Shown here in pieces: positions 25,601 to 38,692 of a stretch of DNA of 64,000 nucleotides (positions are counted from its first letter, which is position 1; each line of letters opens with the position of its first letter). A program made the position numbers and the translations under genes. This DNA comes from Smutsia gigantea. Its lineage: Eukaryota. The stretch is from contig JAVSCE010011590.1 of NCBI GenBank assembly GCA_032199065.1, forward strand, positions 300,551 through 364,550. Direction: 5' to 3'. Under the pieces are notes generated by a model, which was not told where the DNA came from, ran no database searches, and worked only from the letters and a program-made list of their open reading frames with translations.

Positions 25601-28600
25601 ACTTTCTGCAACTTTCTTTTTACATCCACTGTTCTCCTTCTTTAAATAAACAGCTGTACTTCAGAACAGTTACCTTCTTTTACTCTAAATAAAATGAATC
25701 TCCATTCCTTATACCTTCTCTTGTTAAAGCACACATCTTTTCTAGCAAGCAGAGATGTTTTCTTTATTACTTTAAGTAGTTTTAATTAGAGCTTAAAACC
25801 GTTAGGAACTTTAACTTTCAGTGAACACTGAAAATAGGCTATGGTAAACTGTAACACCAGCATTCCTTAGATTGATACATTTATGAACGTATTTTATCAT
25901 TTCTGAAAATGTACCTTATAGCACAATTTTTACTGAGCACAAAACATCTTCATATAACTTAGCAAAACTCTAAGAATTTTGGTTACCACAAAAATTCTTA
26001 GGCTGTTTGCAGATATACATAGTTATACATTAATATACTATTATTATTATTAAGATATTTACTTGTTACACTTGTTTACACACTCTTTAGCAATTATGCT
26101 AGATTATTTATAAAACTTTTATTAGACATTAGACAAAGTCAAGCTTTTCTTTAAGTATCTTTTTGAAAGATTTAACAGATAACATCAACTTAAACAAATT
26201 TAAGTAAACTTAGGCAGGTGATAATTATAAGGACATGTCTGTTTCAGTTAAATTTAAATTAGCATTAATGCTTAATATTTTTATTAGAATTTTTTTGGAA
26301 GTTTTAGAATGCCCAATTTTCACAAGTACTTGTTTTTAAATTAATTTGTATTAATACCATCCGGAGGTAGAAAAACATTTTTCTTTACACACTTAGACAC
26401 AGAAACATACAGATTGAGATGCAATGACTACAGTTAGCAACACTTTTCATGAAAGAACATATACACAGACAAACTGGTATAAAGATTTGAGTTGCTGATA
26501 TTTAATTGCTTTCTTTCCTTTTAGCTTATTTCACTAAAAGTATCTCAGTTTTCAAGAATACACTCTAAAGGCAAGCAGTTTACATAACTGGGTTAAGGTT
26601 TAGATGGCTCCAGGCTAACAGGGCCGATGAAGGCTCTAAACTGATAGGGACTTGTGTGTGCCCAGGGGGCTAGAAGTTGAGGTGTCAGCAGGGAAGGGAG
26701 TAGGGAAGCAAATGTTGCTAAGGGTGCATGTAGCAAAGGAAATGGAGGGATCTTCTAGAAAGGTGACTTGCAGGACTAGGATTTGGCTAGGGGGAAGGAT
26801 TTTCAGACTTCTGTATGTTAAGAGTTCTGACAGGTGGTGGGGTGAAAGGATGGTGGTGGGTGTGCCAAAGGTGAGCTTTCTTGCCTCTTGGTGGAGAATA
26901 GCTGCAGCTGCTAAGGTGCGGAGGCATGGTGCCCACCCTCGGGTTGTGTTGTCTAGTTGTTTTGACAGATAAGCTATAGGAGCTGGGGAGGTTGGAGTGG
27001 CTTGGCATAGGGCTCCAAGAGTGAATCCATGAGTTTCATTAACATATAAAAGAAAGGGCTTAGTAAGGTTGGGTAGGTGTAAAGCAGGTGCCTGTAACAG
27101 AGCTTGCCGCAGGGAGGAGAAGGGGTGGCTGCTGGGCTGCTGGAGAGGTTCACAGACAGGGGCCCTTGGCTGCTGCGTAGAGGGGGCGGCGAGTAGGGAG
27201 ATGTTGGGGACCCAGTTGCAAAGAAAGTTGGCTAAACCCAGAAAGGAAAGAATCTCTTCTTTGGTAGAGAGGACTGGAATGTCCTGAAGCACTTTTTTCC
27301 TGCATAATGTGATGGCCTTTCGTCCTGGAGTCAATAGGATGCCAAGATAAGAAACTTGTGAGGTGGAGAGTTGTACCTCTTCTGGAGAAACTCGATAGCC
27401 ACAGTCAGAGAGGTGATTTAGGAGGGTGATGGTGTCTTGTTGGGAGATGGTTAAGGAAGGACTGCAAAGAAGCAGATCATCTACATACTGCAGCAGAGTG
27501 GAGTGGGCGAGTGAAAGGTTCTGAAGGTCTCATGCAAGGGCTTGTCCAAATATATGGGGGCTGTCTCTAAATCCCTGGGGAAGGACAGAGTCCAAGTCAG
27601 TTGAGTGGAGGAGCGGGATTTAGGGTCTGTCCACGTAAAAGCAAAAAGATTTTGGGAGTTGAGGTGGAGAGGTATGGTAAAGAAGACATCCCTTAAGTCT
27701 ATTACTGAAAAGTGGTGGAGCTTGGGAAGGAGGAGAGGAGAGTATATGGGTTGGGTACTACGGAATGGATGGGGATACTGCTTCATTTACAATTCGGAGA
27801 TCTTGGACTAGCCTGAAAGTGCCGTTAGGCTTTTTCACTGCAAGTATTGGAGTGTTGAACAGGGAGTGGGTTGGCTTCAAGAAGCCTTTTTTTTAACAGA
27901 TTTTGGATGATTGGCTGGAGGCCAAGTTGGCTGCGCAAGGATAGCGGGTATTGGGATTGTGATGGGAAGGAGTCTGGGTTTTTAAGACTAATCTGGACTG
28001 GGCTGCACTTAGCTAGAGATGGGTTATTTGTGTCCCACATGGAGGGATTTACAAGGTTTGGCTACTTCTCTCAGTGGGGCTAAGAAGTGAAGCTGTGAAG
28101 GGAGAAGAAGGGAGGGTGGAGGGGTGGAGACAGGCTGCGCACTTGAGGCTGCTGAGCTTTGGCCTGCTGTGCGATAAGGGGGGGTTCGTTTGCAGGGTCT
28201 GGGTCTAGGGAAGAGGAGGGAGCTGGGTCTGGAGAAGAAGAGGAAGTGTTTGGAGAGCTTGAAAGGACGGCAAGGGGATGTTTAGGGTGGCAAGAGCTAT
28301 ATAGAGAAGGAGAAGAAAGCTTGAAAATAGGGAATTTCCTTCCATTTGTCTGAACGCTCACAGAAGTTGTGGAGGTCCTGAGGGACCTTAGAATCTAAGG
28401 ATCCATATTGAGGCCAAATTGTTTGGTTGTCTAAAGGATATTGGGGCCAAATCTGGCTGCAGAGCCGAATTAACTTGGAGGGTTTTAGATCTGGATGTAG
28501 ATGAAGAGTTTGAAATTGTCTAGGAGGCAGCTGAGCGGGGAATCGGCAGAGATGGAGGGGGATGCTCCCGTTGTGACTCTTTCGTGGAGTTGCTGCAGCA

Positions 28601-29868
28601 CACCCCAGGCGTCCCTAGGGGGTTCCGAACTCCAAGAGTAGCCCAACTCCAAGTGAAAGGTCGTCACCTCTGTCACTGGAGGGACACACTTGCCCTGAGC
28701 AAGCAGTAGGTGCCTAGCGCTAGGACTTTTCGGCTGTGAGCCAATAGAACAGAAGAGTCACAATGGGGGCAGTCTCTCACCTGCTGGGGACAAGAGGGAC
28801 TGGGGCGTCACTGACCTGCTGTGGGCCTAGTTGGGGTTCAAGAGGGATGGGAGAAACTAGTGGACTGGGGCGTCACTGACCCGCTGCGGGTCTAGGGGGC
28901 AAGTATCTCGCCTGCTGGGGACGAGAGAGACTGGACTGGGGGCAAGTCTCTAGCCTGCTGGGGACGACAGAAACAGGACTGGAAGTGACTAGGGGCAGAG
29001 CCGTGGCCAACTGAAGGCCGTGGCTGGGGGCAGTCCCCCGCCTGCAGTGAGGCCATGAGGGTGCCGGACACTCAACGGTCAGCCCTCAGGCACTCACAGA
29101 GGCGTTTAAGTCACTTGATGGGGGAGGGTGACTCACCGCTCCTTTCCTGCCGGTGGTGGATGCTGGAAGTGGCGTTCGGGGAGATGGAAGGCGCTGCAGA
29201 GGTCCCGTGTCTCTGAAAGAGGTCGGGCGCTGGGGGCTGCAGGGCAGCTCAGATTCCCGGGGGAAGAGCAGGCTCCTGGGGGGGGCCCCAATCCGAGTCA
29301 CGGCACCAATGAAAGGGGGTTCTTCAGCTACCCGATTCACTCATTCACGAAGAGAGGACACGAGATCTCCAGCAGCGAAGTTTACTGCCTGAAAAACAGA
29401 ATGGCTGTCTCTAAAGGAGAGGGCAGCAATGGCAGCAAGGGGGAAGCTGCTTATAAAGGAATTTGAGCGGGAAGTTGGTCCCGTGAATTCTATGCATTAC
29501 GAGGTTTAGGAAGACGGGGTGCTGATTGGATGGTTTAAAACACGTATGTCTTGTACATTTTCCATAGGTTGAGCTCAGCTGGCACCGAGTTGCCCGCTGA
29601 TGTAACTTAGAAGATATGTAGGTGAAGGGAAGTAGGTACCTTGTATGGTAAGGGCAGGTTACCTTTGCCCTTTACGGTTGCTAGGGAAACTATCTAGAAT
29701 GAGGGTTACTAGAACAATGGGTGGGTTTTCCAGTAACTAGAACACATTTTTCTTAGAACTAGGTTGGGGGTGAGGCCTTGAGGGGATTCAAGGCTGGGGT
29801 GCAGCTGCTGCAGGTGATACAAAGGTGAGGGGGCTTGCTATGCCTGGAGGCAGTTCTGGGTTCTAACA
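22696..29868 (-). mobile_element. Full-length class I (gamma/epsilon-like, ERV-H-like) endogenous retrovirus provirus: 3' LTR 22696-23265, degenerate env/pol/pro/gag interior, PBS 29291-29308, 5' LTR 29310-29868
   Basis: The two direct repeats of 570 and 559 bp (tgaaaggggg…gggttctaaca) are about 93% identical by eye. Immediately internal to the upper LTR, the minus strand reads TGGTGCCGTGACTCGGAT, an 18-nt perfect complement to the 3' end of tRNA-His. Minus-strand ORF fragments have gammaretroviral RT motifs (27481-27786: FSVIDLRDVFFTIPLH…LFAFTW…QLTWT) and the RT thumb/connection region (26636-27334: ILSFLGLANFLCNWVP). The provirus is flanked by atttt on both sides, consistent with a 5-bp TSD. 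Confidence 0.85.
29291..29308 (-). other. Retroviral primer-binding site complementary to tRNA-His
   Basis: The plus strand reads atccgagtcacggcacca, which is the tRNA-His 3' terminus including CCA. The reverse complement is the PBS, placed 2 nt after the LTR terminal CA. Confidence 0.8.
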
Positions 29869-30361
29869 ATTTTTCCAATAGCATTTGCTCACTTCGTGTC
29901 TCTGGGTCACATTTCGATAATTCTTGATATATTTCAACTTTACATTGTTATTTGTTGTAGTGATCTTTAATCAGTGATTTACAACTTGCTGGAAACTCAG
30001 GTGAGGGTTGCATTTTTTTCTCCATCAGCAGAAATTTTTATTTCATAACTGGTTGCATCATGCAATCCATACTTCAAAAAATAACATTTTGTAATTCTCA
30101 AAATTATGAGTTACTTAGCAACAAATGAGTAAACTTCATTTCAGAAATATCTTGGGTCTGTCTGCCAAGTTCTCAAGTATTTTTTGGGTAAAAACACATC
30201 TGGGCATGCTAGGCAGGAAAATAGATACGAGCAGGGTGGAAAGAGAACAAGGTCAATAAAGCCCCCCTAGAAGGACTCAGTTAACCAGTTAAAACTAAAA
30301 TCCAGGAAAGATTCAGAGTTAATGAGTTAATCAGTTAAAGCTCAAAAGGTCAAGAGCAACT

Positions 30362-31545
30362 TGGCCTTGAATGTTTGAATATTCCCCAGATAAGGAAAAG
30401 TATCTGAGCACAGCCCATGTCTTCATTGTGTCAATTAGATCATTGTAAGATTTACTCTAGCCTGCTAAAAGATCCACCTATAAACAGCATAATAAAGACA
30501 GGGAGACCCCACCTTAAAGCCAAAATTGCATTTTGAAAAAAAAACCCCAGGAAGTTTAAGAAGATTCTTAACATACTCTTTAGCCAACAAATAACTCTGC
30601 CCGCCTTCGTGGAAGGGCAGACAGTCTTGATTGATATGCTCCCAAACCAGAAAGCTGCTGTCCTGGGAGGGGACCAGAGCAGTAAATATCTTGTGTTAAG
30701 CTAAATTTGCAGAATCCCGTAGAGGACTGATAAGAAACTTAATGTCTCATCAAAGATACTTGAGACCACTTAATAAGTCCACACCCCTAGCCTTTTGTCA
30801 CATTACTGAAAAATCCTTAAGAGGGGGTGTCTTGCAAATGAGTTTCAGCCCCAGGCAAGTTCGCTGTAAATTCACTGTGACCAAAGAAATTTACAGCAAA
30901 GGGTTCTTGGGGTGAAAAGGTTATACCCAACTTTATTTCCAGGTGGCAGGTCAGTCACTAAAATCCCGTTCACTCAGAGCGGGTCTGTATTATCACTGCT
31001 GCTTCGGATGCAGCAAGCTGGTCTCTTCCTCTGGGCCTCTCTGTCTGCACAGCCGTCCTCTGGGCCTCTCTGAACAGCCGTCCTGCACAGCTGTCCTCTG
31101 GACCTCTCTGCACAGCCATCCTCTGGGCCTCTGTCCTCGGTGCTGCCACCCCTCCAGCCACCGCTCCGCTCTCCTACAGCCTTGCAGCTCCGCCACCCAG
31201 TCTCCGGCCAAGCCCTGGGCGGAACTCCTTACATTAACACAATAATGTCTTATTGCCTAAAGGTATGGAAGTGGTAGCATAGCAACAGGCCAGTTACATT
31301 TAAGTTCAGTTAGGATCCTGGCCATAGGAACCCCACTTTATCCATGAGGGGCAACCCCCAACCTTTCAGGGCATTCCTCTCTCTGAGGAACTTTCTGAGT
31401 TCGAAACTTTAACTTTTCCCAGCCTTTCATGGCACTCCTCTCTGTCTGAGGTCACCTGCACTTTCTAAGTAACTTTAAATAAAACTTTTGCTCTGCTTCA
31501 CTACTGTGTCTCTGCTCTTCAATTTGTCGCAGCAGGGACAAGAAC
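30362..31545 (+). mobile_element. LTR (family C) carrying a nested insertion of the family A solo-LTR-like repeat at 30836-31340
   Basis: The sequence at 30362-30835 (ccccagataaggaaaagta…ctcatcaaagatacttgagaccacttaataagtccacacc) and at 31341-31545 (…taaataaaac…acaagaacc) is collinear with the solo copy at 59492-59830. That copy carries ctataaatcccc and gaataaaagcc, a TATA-like element and a poly(A) signal. The intervening 505 bp is the family A repeat, flanked by gagggg on both sides. Confidence 0.5.
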
Positions 31546-33339
31546 CAAGGAAAATACACAACGCCTCTCCCCAACAGGCATATTAAATTATTTTAGTCTC
31601 CTTGAATGCAAGTTTCAGTTGGGTTCACCTCCTCTGAATTACATCTTTCTAACTCTACCTCCCCCATTTTGTTCCATAAATATGTTTCATTTGAAATTTT
31701 ATGTCCATCTGTATTTTGTAGATTATGACGGCAAGGTGTATATCTTGGGTTTTGTTGATTTAAAAGTTAAAAGTTTGACAGATGGTTAGCATTTTTTAGC
31801 AATAAGATTCTTTTTAATTAAAATATGTACATTTTTTTCTATAGATGTAATGCTATTGATGCTGGGTTTCTTATTTGCAGAGTCGAAGAATGAACTTAGC
31901 AAACTCCCAAGGTAGGAGAGCCAGGGAGAGGCTTTTATTTAGAGATACAGTGAGAGGACCGAACTCCTGGCTCATGCCAGGAGGGGACAAGAGAGCCCGG
32001 AGTGGTGCATTGTCTAGGGGATTTATAGGCAGTTGAGGATTTGGGGGAGCTGAGGGCTTAGGGTGTGGACTTGTACCACCTGCCCTTCCCCTAAGGTGGG
32101 CTGGGTTGTTGTCTGTTTGCTAAGGCTGTTTACAGTGAAGTCACAGGTTATGTTGAGATACCCTTCTTTACTTGTGGAACACTCAAACATTCCACGCCAA
32201 GTTGCTCCTGGCCTTTTGAGCCTTAACTGATCTCACTGAAGATGTCTATATTCTTAGTCTGGTATCTTTACCCTGGAGAATTAGTGTGACCTTGACTTTG
32301 CATAATGCTTAACACAGAGTTTCGATAGGGACTTCTTTGCACACTGTTATATTGCTCTGACTGTAAATATCCTGCCTTGCTTTTTCCAGAGGCCCTCACC
32401 CTACTCTGACTACACTCATGGTCCCTGTCTCACTATTGCACATTTAATAAACTACAGGAGATTGTGAACCTTTTATATGCACTGAAAAACCAAAAAATTC
32501 ATCCAACTCACTTTATTGCAATATTCAGTTTATTGCCATCGTCTGGAACTGTTTTGGGTAGTTTGTTTTTCCTTAGTTCTAGTCCCTGCAGAAACAAAGA
32601 ATAGAAAGTCACAGACACAATAATGAAGCAGACACAAGTTTTATTTGCATACACTCCAGGGGAAGAACTAGCCAGAATCAAGGTAGACAAAGGCACCCAA
32701 CTTTTGGGGTGGGGGGGGTCTGTTTATCATGTCCTAGTTGAGAGGTGCCTCTTTGATTGACAGGGTAAGATCATTTGATTGACAGCTCTAGGTATATACC
32801 CATTCTTCCTGGTGTACATGTCTTTTCCAAAATGCATACAGAAAAGTGGGGGAGAGATGAAGGAGCCAAACCACAATTTTATTTTAATGAAATTATGATG
32901 AGGTGTGGTTTGGGCGGCTATTAGTTTGGTTTCCTTCGATAGTGCCTGCATTAGGTCCTGGTTGGGACCAGTTTGGCCTGGTCCCAATAGGCAAGGAAGT
33001 TATCTTCGAGTGGGACCCCTTAACTGCCTAACTGGGCAGTTTTTTCCTTGAACCTTATCTTCCTCTTCCCTGGCTGCTCCTGTCTATCTTTCTACCTAAC
33101 AGAACCAAACCTATAATATCTCTGAAGTAAGGCTGTACTAATGTAGATCTTTCATAAAAGCTAAGTGGTGTAACCTGAACTTGTGAAAAGTGGGGGATAG
33201 CTGTACTTCCAAACCTATCAAGGTGTGCTACTAAATGGGTACCCAGAGAGAGAAAAAAATGTGTAGGGTTGCCCCCTTAGCTGAAGGGAACTTACTTGTT
33301 TCAATGTAACTCTGGGGAGAGGAAATCCTTGGGCAAAAT

Positions 33340-33620
33340 ACCTCTAAAACAGAAATCAGTTAAAGGGAGAAATAAAGTTTAAAACCCATTTATTGCTTAC
33401 AAACTTGGGTCTGGGGCATCTCCTTCCTGCTCCGCAGAAACAAGCAAGACCCACCCCTAACCTCTCAGGTTCAGATAGGCCCTCAGTAGCCCAGGTAATT
33501 ACCCATTGATGTGGAGATGAACTACTGTCTCCACCCCTGAGGAATGCCTGTTGATGTGCAGATGCACTAAAGCCAGGCAAGATATTCTGGAAATTACAGT
33601 TTTACCCACATTCAGTTTTG
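33340..33620 (+). repeat. Interspersed repeat, family D (second copy at 58840-59120), unclassified and probably LTR-derived
   Basis: The two copies share about 280 bp of high similarity (cctctaaaa…gggagaaataaagtttaaaaccc…cccaggtaattacccattgat(a/g)tggagatgaact…gcactaaagccaggc(a/c)agatattctggaaat). Confidence 0.45.
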
Positions 33621-34174
33621 TTGGTGTTTCAGGGTAGGGTAGGGACACTCAAAGTGAAGGGCTCCTTGTTATGGAAAGAATAATTTAGGAGGATTTCCTT
33701 AATAATGTAGGTATGGGGTGAGTAGACTATTATTCTCAGATTAATGGTAGATGATAGAGTAAAAGTGAATCACCTTAAAGAGATCTTTGTTTTATAGTGT
33801 TACTGAAGTAATTTCCTTTAATTAAGCAAGGGCAAGAATGGAAAGGGCCCATTACCATAGAAGAAGGAAGCCCTGGGAAGTTGAAGAGAGATGGCTCCAG
33901 CTCATGCTCTAAGGAAGTATCTGAGGAATTAACTAGCTTAAGCCCCATTTGTACTGAGTGATATTGTCAGCCATAGTCCCAGGCAGGCTGGACATTAAGC
34001 CGGGCCACTCCAGTGTGGCTAGCATCAGTTGTTTATGACTGGCATTGGTTCTGATTGGTTGGTACCTAATACTATACAGGTAAGTAATTTCAATATTGGC
34101 CCTGGCACTAGGTACCTTACTTGTGGGATGGGGTTTTCCTCACTTAGACTGAGAAAAATCAGGCTATGGAGGTG

Positions 34175-35090
34175 TATTAGTTTGCTAGGGCTGCCATAAC
34201 AAAACACCATGCAATGGGTGGTTTAAACAACATTTATTTATTTTATTTATTTTCTCACAGTTCTGGAGGCTTGAAGTCTAAGATCAGGGTGCCAGTAGGC
34301 CTCCCTCGGCTTGTCTATAGTTGCCTCTGTCAGGGCCAAGAGCAGACTGCCCCAAGATGTGCCATTGTGACATGAGCTGAAAACAATCAAGGCCCAAGAC
34401 TCAGAAAGACACTTTGACACACACCCCACAACTGCATCAAAAGAATTCAGATGCAGGAACTGTATCCAGGAGGAGAGCTCTCACCACTGATAACTACATT
34501 ATAACGTGAACTAGGTGTGGTAGACAGGGAGGGATGTGGTTAAGTCTGTTCAAATTCCTCTCTATGGCCCATCAAGCATTTGCTTACCAAACATTTACTC
34601 TTTCCTATTCTTGTGAATTTCTTCCCTTTTCCTTTGAAGTCTCAGACTCCCTAACCCTTCTCCTTGGTTCAGGATGACATTTATACCTCTTTTCCCTATC
34701 TCTGGAACTTATGTCTATGGATTTCCCCATGGATTAGTATGTGCCAAATTAAAATTTTTTTTCTCCTGGTAATCTGTCTCATGTCAGTTTGATTCTTAGA
34801 CCAGCTGGAAGACCCTGAAGAGGTAGAGGAAATTTCTTCCTCCCCAGCACCTTCTCTGCTGTATCTTCACATCACGGTCTTTTCTCTGCGCCCGCACATC
34901 CCTGGTATCCCTTCCTCTTTTTAAAAAGCACGAGCTACACTGGATTAGGGTCTTTCATGGCCTCAATTAAGCTTAATTACCTCTTTGAAGACCCTGTCTC
35001 TAAATACATTGGGATGAGGGGCTTAGGGCTTCAACATATGAATTTTAAGGGGCTAGGCCAACAGAGTCCATAACAGGAGGGTATAAAGAG
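34175..35090 (-). mobile_element. MaLR-type (MLT1-like) LTR, inverted
   Basis: The plus strand begins tgtattagtttgctagggctgccataacaaa…ttctcacagttctggaggc, the reverse complement of the characteristic MLT/MST/THE 3' end. It ends …ggcttcaacatatgaattt(t)aagggg…cataaca. It contains the (ATTT)n microsatellite at 34233-34258. Confidence 0.55.
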
Positions 35091-35496
35091 GGAAACTGAA
35101 AATATTTGGAAGCATTTTTCCCCTAACTTCTGACTAAGTGGACTACCCTATGGCATAAATGGCACAGAATGGGGTGGGAAACTTCTGCCTGGTTTTGTGA
35201 CCCACAGTGTCCCCATTTGATCTCCCTTTCCCACATATCCTATTTCTCCTTTCCTCTTTACTGAAGTGTTAGTTTTCCACCTGTGGGAAAAGAACACACA
35301 GTCCCTTACTCCATTTTCCAGGGCAAGAATGTTTTTGGTAATGTGCGAAGTGAGTTAACCAAGATGAGGGGAGGTAGGGAGTTGGATGATTGATAGAGTA
35401 GAGTCTAATTTTAAGGAGTTAATTTCTGTTTATTATACTGAGTCTTTGCTCCCTTTCCTCCTGCCCATTGTGGATAAAGTGGGGTTCCTATGGCCA

Positions 35497-35975
35497 GGGT
35501 CCTCACTGAACTTAAATGTAACTGGCCTGTTGCTATGCTACCGCTTCCATAATACCTTTAGGCAATAAGCCATTATTGTGTTAATATAAGGAGTTCCACC
35601 CAGTGTTCTGCCGGAGACTGGGTGGCGGGGCTGCAAGGATGTAGGAGAGCGGAGCGGAGGGCTGGAGTGGTGGCAGCGCCAAGGACAGAGGCCTGGAGGA
35701 CGGCTGTGCAGGACGGCTGTGCAGAGAGGCCCGGAGGATGGCTGTGCGGGACAGCCGTGCAGAGGGGCCCAGAGGCAGAGACAGGCTTGCTGCATCCGAA
35801 GCAACAGTGATAACACAGACTCGCTCTGAGTGAACAGGATTTTAGTGACTGACCTGCCACCTGGAAATAAAGTTGGGTATAACCTTTTCACCCCAAGAAC
35901 CCTTTGCCGTAAATTTCTTTGGTCACAGTGAATGTATAGCGAGCTTGCCTGGAGCTGAAACTCATTTGCAAAACA
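35497..35975 (-). mobile_element. Solo-LTR-like repeat, family A copy 3 (inverted)
   Basis: This is the reverse complement of copies 1 and 2 and includes the VNTR array. The 190-aa and 95-aa ORFs in the track at 35538-36110 and 35573-35860 lie inside this repeat. Confidence 0.5.
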
Positions 35976-37640
35976 CCGTACATTGCCCCAGTTCTTGGCC
36001 CCCTGCCTTTGGGGTATATTAGCATCCCTGTTGGGGAAGTATTTGGTCAGTCTTTTTACTTTCATTCTGTTCCTGCCACTGGGTGAGGCGTAGACATGGA
36101 TCTCATTCACAGAAAAGAAATGAAAATGATCCCTTTAACAGGAAAAAAAAAAAGAAAGCAAAACTAAAATAATAACTTCAGGAACTGGAGAAAATGGAAG
36201 GTCAGAGATTCTTGGTGGTGGGAGGTATTTAAATAGGAGAACATCTATCTTGTGGTCTAGGGAGTATGAGAAATCTCAGCCGAGAGGGCAGGAATGAAAC
36301 AGTTCCCCTGCCTAAAGAATCCTGAGAGGTAGATCTTGCTTCTGTAAATGCTGACCTTGGGAGTCACTATCTGAAGACATCTTTCCTCTCTAAGGCAATA
36401 CTGAATGACTTAGCACCTGTCGCTTCTGGTAGTCAGTGTCCTTGATCCTGAGCATGGACGATGCTGTATGTGTCTGCACGTGGAGTCCCTCAGAAGTTAG
36501 AAGAATGGGCAATAAGGCAGTAAGGAGCTATCGTCACTCTAAGGTTGATGACTGCTTGGTTCTTGACTACAGGAACCCTGAAAGTGTAGGATAAAGCAAA
36601 GTTCCAGCTTCTTTTATCTGGATAAAGTGTAGCAGTGACTAGAAAAGGTAAGAACAGCACTATGAAAAGGTCAAATGTTCTGTGATGATGAAATGTTTCT
36701 TTCCTATGCAGTTTGGCAGCCACCAGCCACATGTGGTTTTGAGCAGTTTCAATGTGATTAGTACAACTAAGGAACGGGATTTTCAATTTTACTTCATCTT
36801 AATTAATTGTATTAAGTTAAAGTAACCACATATGGCTAATGGTGGCTGTTTAGAATAGCACAGGATTGGAGTTGGTATTGATGGGCTGGGTGTAACCCTA
36901 GCTTTCCTTCTGATCCTTTCATGGTGTGGTGGGGCTAGAGAAGTCACAAAGAAAAAAGAGACAACAAGGAATAAAAATAGCCAACATTTACTGTGTGCTT
37001 ACTCTAATCCCAGGCACTTAGTTACACACCTAATTGGCATTTTATATAATCCTTGCAGGAACAGTAAGTACTATTATTACTACCATTTTACAGATGAGAA
37101 AACTAAGCATAGTGTAATTGTACTTGCTTTGGGCCACACAGTTGGTAACTAAAGGGTGTAGAGGGAATTCATACACAGGAAGTTTGATTACAGAGTCCAC
37201 TCATCTACACTGTATAGATTCAGGAATGAAGCTACATGGAGTGACTGTGGCCAAATCTTCCAAACTCCATGTCAAGGTGCAAATTCACAGGGGTAAAATT
37301 GGATATTTTAAAATTTTAAGGGAAGAAAAGCAAAAACAGCAATATTGAACATCTCTTGTGTGCTTTGTAAACTACTAGCTCAAGGTAATTCACAATTGAA
37401 TATGTGATTGTTGCTACATTCCTTTTGATGACAAAATATCTTTGCAAAGCTGGGTTTCAGGAGATACCCCTGATTAAATAGTAAGTGCTGTGTGAAAATC
37501 AGCTGGCAACAGGAAATGAGTAGCAGAGTTGAATTCCAAGGTTTGAGAAATTGTGCAGTGCGTAACAGGCACACATATCCCATTAGTAACTATTTGTGGT
37601 TATTTAAGAAAAAAATTAAGAAGTATTTTTTTTCTTTCAA

Positions 37641-37681
37641 CTTGTGTATGTGTGTGTGTGTATATATATATATTTTTTTTT
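37641..37681. repeat. Compound microsatellite (TG)n(TA)n(T)n
   Basis: gtgtatgtgtgtgtgtgtatatatatatatttttttttt. Confidence 0.9.
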
Positions 37682-38692
37682 TCACATAGCTACTAAGTTG
37701 TTAGAAACCAATTACTTAAAAGCAAAACTGTTAGGTATTTCTTTTGACCTAGGGTCGCCATAAAAAATTGCTGGAATACTAAGTGCGTTGTAAGTGAGAA
37801 ACTGGGAACCTCTGGACCTGCAGTGTTGAAATTAGACCAGATGGTCATAAAGGAAAAGAGTATGGGGACTTGGCTTGAGATGGCCTAAAGAGAAAGAATA
37901 CATATTTAGTAGACATTTCATATACTTTACCATTAGGTATCTTCTGTTTACCAGTGTTCACAGTGCAGCAGATGCACACACAATATACCCAAATCTATAC
38001 CCTCTAAAGTAAAAAAGCTGTAAGGAAAGTCCTAAGAGATGTAAACTGACCAAGGTGAGCGGTAGCACAGGACTCAAGGTAGGGTTTGATGCAGCCTGGA
38101 GCTTGGGCCCTCCTGTTGGGTAGACCAAAAGATAAAGATGTGGTTTGAGGAGGCCTGCTGGATCTTATAGGGTTGACTCCTCTCTGGGCCATTGGTGAAT
38201 CCAGAGATTGGGAGTCCAAGTGACCATGCGAGGGTTGGTTGATGGACTTGAAATCACAATAAAGTATGTTGTGCAGTTCTGAAAGTTATGTAGCCCTGGC
38301 CAAGCTGCATTCTGATGAACTGTCCTTGCCTGTCACATTATAACAGTGCATTTCTATGTGACCAGAATGTTTTTATATACAGTACAGATGCTTCCCCTCA
38401 TGACGCTGGAGAAACACTACAGAAGATTGAGTCTTGTCCTTGGTTTTCCTTTTATAGATACATTGCAGATCATCTTTTGGTTTACATACACTTTAGAGAA
38501 AAACTGTTAAAATTAATTGACTAAACTTGTACTTTCTTAGATGTAATCACATTCTAATTTTCTCTTTTGTGTAAATTGATTGGATTTGGGTGTTTTTTTT
38601 AAATCTTTCAGCAACGAATTATTGATAGGGAGTTCCTTGGGCTGATTTTTACTTAAGCCTGGTCTTACCCATCATTTAAAATCATGCTTTTA

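Noticed and set aside
26636-28361. A 232-aa and several ~100-aa minus-strand ORFs
   Set aside because: They are remnants of retroviral gag/pro/pol inside ERV#1, for example RT motifs FSVIDLRDVFF and QLTWT. They are interrupted by stops and are annotated as part of the provirus rather than as CDS.
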